From Pyrobaculum calidifontis JCM 11548 (GTDB taxonomy: Archaea; Thermoproteota; Thermoprotei; Thermoproteales; Thermoproteaceae), in NCBI RefSeq assembly GCF_000015805.1, contig NC_009073.1, positions 1,950,001 through 1,982,000 on the forward strand: 32,000 bases of DNA. The letters run 5' to 3'. A program made the translations under genes and the position numbers. The notes beneath the pieces are model-generated. The model was not told where the DNA came from and made no database searches. It worked only from the letters and a program-made list of their open reading frames with translations. Below are positions 27,804 to 32,000 of this stretch, piece after piece (the first letter of the stretch is position 1; each line of letters opens with the position of its first letter).

Positions 27804-29074
27804 AAGTTCCTAATCATCCTAATCATATTTATCATTAACTTTAACAGACTTACCTTGGTGTGTTTCGACGCCTCGCGGACTGCTTCAAACAAGGTCCTGT
27901 GATTCTCGTCTATTGAGAAGTATCTATACGCCGCCTCTGTTGAAAATAGCGCCAAATCTCTGAATAGGCTCTCATCGCTTAGTAGTCTATCGGCGTGTCT
28001 AAACTTTTCAAGTTGCGGTAGTATAAAGCTGGACCTCAACTTCCTCTCATACACGTACAAGTCCTCCGCCGAGGGGCTTCTAGCCTCTTTTACAGCATCC
28101 GCGGCTAAAACGCCGGACGCTATTGCGAAGTCGACGCCTCTTATGAGGACTCCAGTGTGTAATAGAAAGCCTGCGGCGTCGCCAACTATTAAGAGCCCGT
28201 CGTGGTAAAGCCTTTGAGGAGACATGTTTATTCCAGCGACTGGAGTCATGTGGCCGCCGTACTCTTGCAACGTGGCGCCTTTGACAAGCTGCGCCACGTA
28301 GGGGTGTAGCCTGAATTTTTCCACAAGTTCGTACACAGGCGTTTTCAGCTTTGGCCAATTTCTGAGGTATACGACCACGCCTAGCGCCAGCGCGTCTTTG
28401 TAGGTGTATATGAAGCCACCGCCCGGCAGATACTCAGTTGGGTAGCCGGCAAAAGCCCACGCGAGGCCTTCATCCTCGTCGAGGCCTAGCCTTTCTTCAA
28501 GCACTTTCTTGTTCTCAAATTTTAAGACTTCTTTGACGCCTACTGCAACAGCCTCTGGCTCAAGCTTCTTCGCAAGACCTGCCCGTTCAAGGAGGAGGCG
28601 GTTGACCCCTTCGGCATCTATGACGTATTCCGCGTGTAGCACGTCTGGGCCAGACTGAACGCCGACTATTCTGCCTTTCTCGTCTTTTACAAATTGATCA
28701 ACGGTTATTTCTGTGACAATTTTTGCGCCAGCACTCTGCGCCAACTTCGCCATCCAAGACACGAAGGAGACGAGCGGCACCACGAAGCTCTTCTTTTCTT
28801 TCTCTACCACGGCACTTTCCACAGTCAATGCCTTATCCTCTGTGAGAAAAGTCACTCTCTCCCTCCTCACCCACCTATCCACAGGCGCGTCTTTACGAAA
28901 CTCCGGTAGATATTTATCGAGCCAGTAGGCGTATATCCGCCCGCCGTAGAGCTCCTTGGCGCCCGGTTCTCTGCCTCTTTCTAGCACTACCACTTTAAAA
29001 CCGGCAGAGGCGAGTTTATACGCGGCGGCTAAGCCAGCTGGGCCTGCGCCTACAATTGCCACGTCGAATTTCAT
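27800..29074 (-). CDS. fixC: FixC/EtfC-type FAD-dependent ETF:quinone oxidoreductase
   Basis: Motifs FDVAIVGAGPAGLAAAYKLA and LLIVGDAAGF. It is the first gene of the fixC-fixX-etfB-etfA unit. TTAAAATAT at 29096-29104 is centred 26 nt upstream. Confidence 0.85.
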   Translation of the reverse strand: MKFDVAIVGAGPAGLAAAYKLASAGFKVVVLERGREPGAKELYGGRIYAYWLDKYLPEFRKDAPVDRWVRRERVTFLTEDKALTVESAVVEKEKKSFVVPLVSFVSWMAKLAQSAGAKIVTEITVDQFVKDEKGRIVGVQSGPDVLHAEYVIDAEGVNRLLLERAGLAKKLEPEAVAVGVKEVLKFENKKVLEERLGLDEDEGLAWAFAGYPTEYLPGGGFIYTYKDALALGVVVYLRNWPKLKTPVYELVEKFRLHPYVAQLVKGATLQEYGGHMTPVAGINMSPQRLYHDGLLIVGDAAGFLLHTGVLIRGVDFAIASGVLAADAVKEARSPSAEDLYVYERKLRSSFILPQLEKFRHADRLLSDESLFRDLALFSTEAAYRYFSIDENHRTLFEAVREASKHTKVSLLKLMINMIRMIRNL

Positions 29075-29162
29075 CGGGGAGAGACTGTGCCATCGTTAAA
29101 ATATGTATTCTCGACAAGAGCCAAATATTTCAAGTTTAAAAAATACACAACGTAGAAGCCCC

Positions 29163-29849
29163 ATGCGTGTGCTTCTCAAGTATTTCTCAGCGCTACGAGA
29201 CATAACGGGAAGCGCCAGGGAAGAAGTGGCCTTTGAAGGCCCTGTCACCGTTTCCGACCTGCTTACGTGGTTTTTCAAGAAGTACCCAAAGGCAGAGGCC
29301 TTTAGAGAGGAGCTAGTGGTGTTAGTAAACGGCAGGGCAGTTGAAGGCTCCTATGTGTTGAAAGATGGAGACGAGGTGGCGCTGATGCCCCCCGTCAGCG
29401 GTGGGGGGATAATCACAAGCGACATAAGCATTGACAAAGAAGTTAGAGACATCATAGAGAAAAGCGCTACACAGGGAGGCGGGGGGGTGGTAATATTCGT
29501 GGGCTTTGTAAAAGGCGTTGTCGACGACGCCGCGGTAAATGTGCTCGAGTACGAGGCCTACGAGCCTTACGCAGACCAAAAGATTAAAGAGATTGAGGAG
29601 TGGGCAAGGTCGCAGAAGGGCGTCTTAGACGCTAGAGTGTACCACAAGGTTGGTTCCCTAAAGCCTGGAGACACTACCATATACGTCTTTGTCTCAGCCA
29701 TCAATAGGGATGTGGCTTTTAGAGTGGCGCGGGACGCCTTAGAGCGCGTAAAACACGAAGTCCCAATTTTTAAGCTTGAGCGTAGAAGCGATGGAGAGTT
29801 CTGGGTAGTCGGCGACGGCAGACGTATTCCTAGAAGTCCTCAACCTTGA
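29163..29849 (+). CDS. moaDE: Fused molybdopterin synthase: MoaD (sulfur-carrier) plus MoaE (catalytic) in one polypeptide
   Basis: MoaD-like MRVLLKYFSALRD...GDEVALMPPVSGG (Gly codons at 29400-29408) continues without a stop into MoaE-like GGVVIFVGFVKG...LEYEAY...VGSLKPGDTTIYVFVSA...VPIFKLE. The ATG at 29163 is preferred because TTTAAAAAATA (29135-29145) lies 23 nt upstream. Confidence 0.85.
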   Translation: MRVLLKYFSALRDITGSAREEVAFEGPVTVSDLLTWFFKKYPKAEAFREELVVLVNGRAVEGSYVLKDGDEVALMPPVSGGGIITSDISIDKEVRDIIEKSATQGGGGVVIFVGFVKGVVDDAAVNVLEYEAYEPYADQKIKEIEEWARSQKGVLDARVYHKVGSLKPGDTTIYVFVSAINRDVAFRVARDALERVKHEVPIFKLERRSDGEFWVVGDGRRIPRSPQP

Positions 29850-30210
29850 AGGGGGACTCCTCCACTTCTACGATCCCCTCCACCTCGGCTACGTATTGAT
29901 TATGCCGCATTTTTACCACTACGCTAATGGCATAGCCGCCCTTTGTGACTATTAGGGTCTTGCCTCTCTCAAATACTACGTCGACTACCGCCTCCCCCAT
30001 TTCCTCAAGCTGAGTGGCCACCCTATTTACTAGGCTCCAGAGAAAGGTCAGTGCTATGTTTAAGCCCTCTGACCGTATCTCCAACGGCCTTGACAGCGCC
30101 GCGGCGAAAAACTCGCCTATATCTCTGCTCACCTCCGGATTTGTGGATTCCACCAACATGTATACCCTTAGCCTAGTCAGCGCCTTTACCTTGTCCTCAA
30201 GCGTCTGCAC
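29830..30210 (-). CDS. Hypothetical 126-aa protein, possibly Roadblock/LC7 (MglB-like) fold
   Basis: GTG start. TTTTAATATA on the - strand (30231-30240) is centred 25.5 nt upstream. My by-eye secondary-structure order is alpha-beta-alpha-beta-beta-beta, with GEAVVDVVFERGKTLIVTKGGYAISVVVK. The fold call is weak. Confidence 0.45.
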   Translation of the reverse strand: MQTLEDKVKALTRLRVYMLVESTNPEVSRDIGEFFAAALSRPLEIRSEGLNIALTFLWSLVNRVATQLEEMGEAVVDVVFERGKTLIVTKGGYAISVVVKMRHNQYVAEVEGIVEVEESPFKVEDF

Positions 30211-30247
30211 TAAGTCTTTACACCACAGTGTATATTAAAATCACGCC

Positions 30248-31168
30248 TTACTCCTCCTCTTCCTCCCCCGGCAACTTCAATAGAGAGATCCTCCTCGGCT
30301 TCTCCTCTTTTGGCTGCTCTTGCTGGGCGAGCTTCTCCTTGTACATTTCGGCTAGTTTGTCAACAACGGCGAGTATGGCTCTCGAAGTCTCCGTATCCTT
30401 TGCTAAAAACTCGTGAAGCCGGCCTGAGTCAAGGTAGTGGGAAAGCTCTGGGTCCATGGGTATGCCCCCCAAGAAGGGCACACCCGCGCTTTCGGCAATC
30501 CTCTTCCCAGCCTCTTTCCCAAATATGTAGTACACCTTGCCGTCGCCTGGGCACTTGAAACAACACATGTTCTCCACGACGCCCGCCACCCTTATGTTTA
30601 ACTTGCGCGAGAAATCCACGGCTTTTACCACAATCCTCCTGGAGATCTCCGTCGGAATTGTGACAATGATGCTTCCGTCGAGGCCCCCCTGGAGGCTTTG
30701 CGCAATGGTGAGAGGCGCGTCGCCGGTGCCCGGCGGGAGATCCACCACCAATACGTCTAGCTGGCCCCACTCCACCTGGGCTATGAAGTCTCTCAAAGCC
30801 TGGTTCACAAGGGGGGCCCTCCAAATTACCGCCGTGTCGTCGCTGGGCAGCGCAAACTCTATAGACACAACTTTAACCCCAAGAGGGCCCACCGCGGGGA
30901 GTATTCTCCCAGTTTTCTGATCCACATACAGCGTGCTATCGGAGAGTCCAAGCATCTTGGGGATCGTGGGGCCATATACGTCCCCGTCCAGTATGCCGAC
31001 GCTGTACCCCCTCATGGCAAAGCCCAAGGCCACAGAAGCCGTCACCAACGACTTCCCCACGCCGCCCTTGCCCGACAGTGTCACAAGCTTTAACTTAACG
31101 CCCTTGAGCACGTGGGCAAGCGATCCGGGCGCAGAGGCTTGACCACGGATATTAACCTTGACGCTCAT
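30248..31168 (-). CDS. mrp: Mrp/NBP35 (ApbC)-family P-loop ATPase, Fe-S cluster carrier type
   Basis: Motifs SGKGGVGKSLVT (deviant Walker A), LVVDLPPGTGD and ENMCCFKCPGDGKVYYIFG. The ATG at 31168 is preferred because the A/T box at 31188-31198 lies 25 nt upstream. The C-terminal tail is acidic (...LPGEEEEE). Confidence 0.9.
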   Translation of the reverse strand: MSVKVNIRGQASAPGSLAHVLKGVKLKLVTLSGKGGVGKSLVTASVALGFAMRGYSVGILDGDVYGPTIPKMLGLSDSTLYVDQKTGRILPAVGPLGVKVVSIEFALPSDDTAVIWRAPLVNQALRDFIAQVEWGQLDVLVVDLPPGTGDAPLTIAQSLQGGLDGSIIVTIPTEISRRIVVKAVDFSRKLNIRVAGVVENMCCFKCPGDGKVYYIFGKEAGKRIAESAGVPFLGGIPMDPELSHYLDSGRLHEFLAKDTETSRAILAVVDKLAEMYKEKLAQQEQPKEEKPRRISLLKLPGEEEEE

Positions 31169-31202
31169 GATTCTACAACTGTTATATCTATATATAAATT
31201 CG

Positions 31203-31796
31203 CTATACGGCGCCTTCGCTGAGCCACAGCGCCACGCCTTTTCGCACAAGGGAAACCCCTATAGCCACGCTTACTACGAGCATGATCTTTTCAACGACTC
31301 TTATCCCAATCACGCCCAAGGCCTTCATCACATACCTCGACGCAGACAGCGTCAGGTATGTAAGCGCCGCCACGGCCACTATTACAACTAGAGCGAAGAC
31401 TTTGCCATACTGATTCGACAGCACTAACACGTACGAGATAGAGGCAGGGCCTGATAGATACGGCACGGCTAGAGGCACAACTGCCACCTCAACTCCCTCC
31501 GACACTGGGGCCTCATAAGGCCTCAACAGGTAAAGAAGAGAAAAGGCCGCGAGTACCAGGCCACTCGCCACCATGAAGTCCCCCAGACCCACGCCGAAGT
31601 AGGCGAAAAATTCTACGCCGACTAAGGCGAAGAAGGCCAAAATTAGGGAGGCCACTACCACGGAGAGAGAAAGCACTCTCCTACGCGCCCCCTCCCCGAT
31701 TCTACTCGTCACAGCCATGAAAAGTGGAATATTCCCAACTGGGTCAACCACGATATATAACACAAGTATTGAGAGGGCTAAGCTGTGGAGGTCCAT
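31203..31796 (-). CDS. MarC-family (UPF0056) integral membrane protein
   Basis: Six TM helices and an N-terminal LYIVVDPVGNIPLFMAVT motif typical of the MarC family. Confidence 0.8.
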   Translation of the reverse strand: MDLHSLALSILVLYIVVDPVGNIPLFMAVTSRIGEGARRRVLSLSVVVASLILAFFALVGVEFFAYFGVGLGDFMVASGLVLAAFSLLYLLRPYEAPVSEGVEVAVVPLAVPYLSGPASISYVLVLSNQYGKVFALVVIVAVAALTYLTLSASRYVMKALGVIGIRVVEKIMLVVSVAIGVSLVRKGVALWLSEGAV

Positions 31797-31843
31797 CAGA
31801 ACCCAGATTTCTCCACACCTAGTTCAGCGATGACGGGCCTTCC

Positions 31844-32000
31844 TCATTTGGCCCAGTTGTACCTTCTCCAACGCTTACTCCGACCCCAGCCGCAAGAAGC
31901 ACAGTACTTCTTTGTCACATTATATGAATGTCTGCCGCATCTCGGGCACCGTATGTGCGTCTTCCCCTTGTTGTGCTTGCCCATCGAAGGTGTGCCCTTC
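31844..32000 (-). CDS. rpl37e: 50S ribosomal protein L37e (eL37), 5' end beyond the window
   Basis: Not in the ORF track. My minus-strand translation gives ..[51 protein letters not shown], with the stop at 31844-31846. It has the C-x2-C...C-x2-C zinc ribbon and the GTPS.GK motif of L37e. The reading frame is still open at 32000. Confidence 0.85.

Noticed and set aside
27809-27826. Tandem 9-nt duplication CCTAATCAT x2
   Set aside because: It lies in frame in the fixC C-terminus (encoding MIRMIR). It is a simple codon-level duplication, not a repeat array or a regulatory element.
31325-31331. Canonical GTGATGA C-box sequence on the minus strand inside marC; other TGATGA-like hits were seen in aspS near 12743-12749 and in the protease gene near 17192-17198
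   Set aside because: Each was followed 12 nt later by non-D sequences (TGAT, CGGT, CGTC). No downstream CTGA occurs at the right spacing, and all lie within sense coding sequence.

Overview
This window reads as a gene-dense core-chromosome segment of a hyperthermophilic crenarchaeon of Pyrobaculum/Thermoproteus type. The signs are TATA boxes about 25 nt upstream of start codons (leaderless mRNAs), frequent GTG/TTG starts, an intron-containing tRNA, and an archaeal information-processing gene set. I call 39 CDS. They include a Rio2 kinase, UPF0179, a DUF357-RibL-like transferase, EndoV, Usp, a sugar ABC importer without an ATPase gene, and a Zn-ribbon protein. Also present are aEF-1beta, Cdc48, FEN-1, Pcm, AspRS, a radical-SAM enzyme, Pth2, a 1247-aa secreted subtilase and a NUDIX hydrolase. 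The remainder comprises SdhABCD, PCNA, a FixC-FixX-EtfB-EtfA cluster, a MoaD-MoaE fusion, Mrp/NBP35 and MarC. Two edge-truncated genes are absent from the ORF track: a DUF460-like nuclease at the left edge and ribosomal protein L37e at the right edge. There is one tRNA-Ser(CGA) with a 15-nt intron. I found no CRISPR array, transposase, integrase or obvious defence island, so I cannot claim a clear novel multi-gene system. The best leads are as follows. (1) Two box C/D sRNA candidates bracket the PCNA gene on the opposite strand; each has a TATA box at the right distance, and their guides share an 8-mer. (2) A 68-aa helical ORF lies antisense to the tail of the UPF0179 gene and is driven from a palindromic TATA equidistant from two start codons. 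(3) A radical-SAM/HhH enzyme with a CX7CX2C motif is divergently paired with a Zn-ribbon NusA-like protein that lacks GXXG motifs. (4) A fused MoaD-MoaE retains its Gly-Gly. (5) An Mrp ATPase with a shifted Cys motif sits next to a possible Roadblock-like protein. All functional calls rest on motif recognition from memory; no searches were run.
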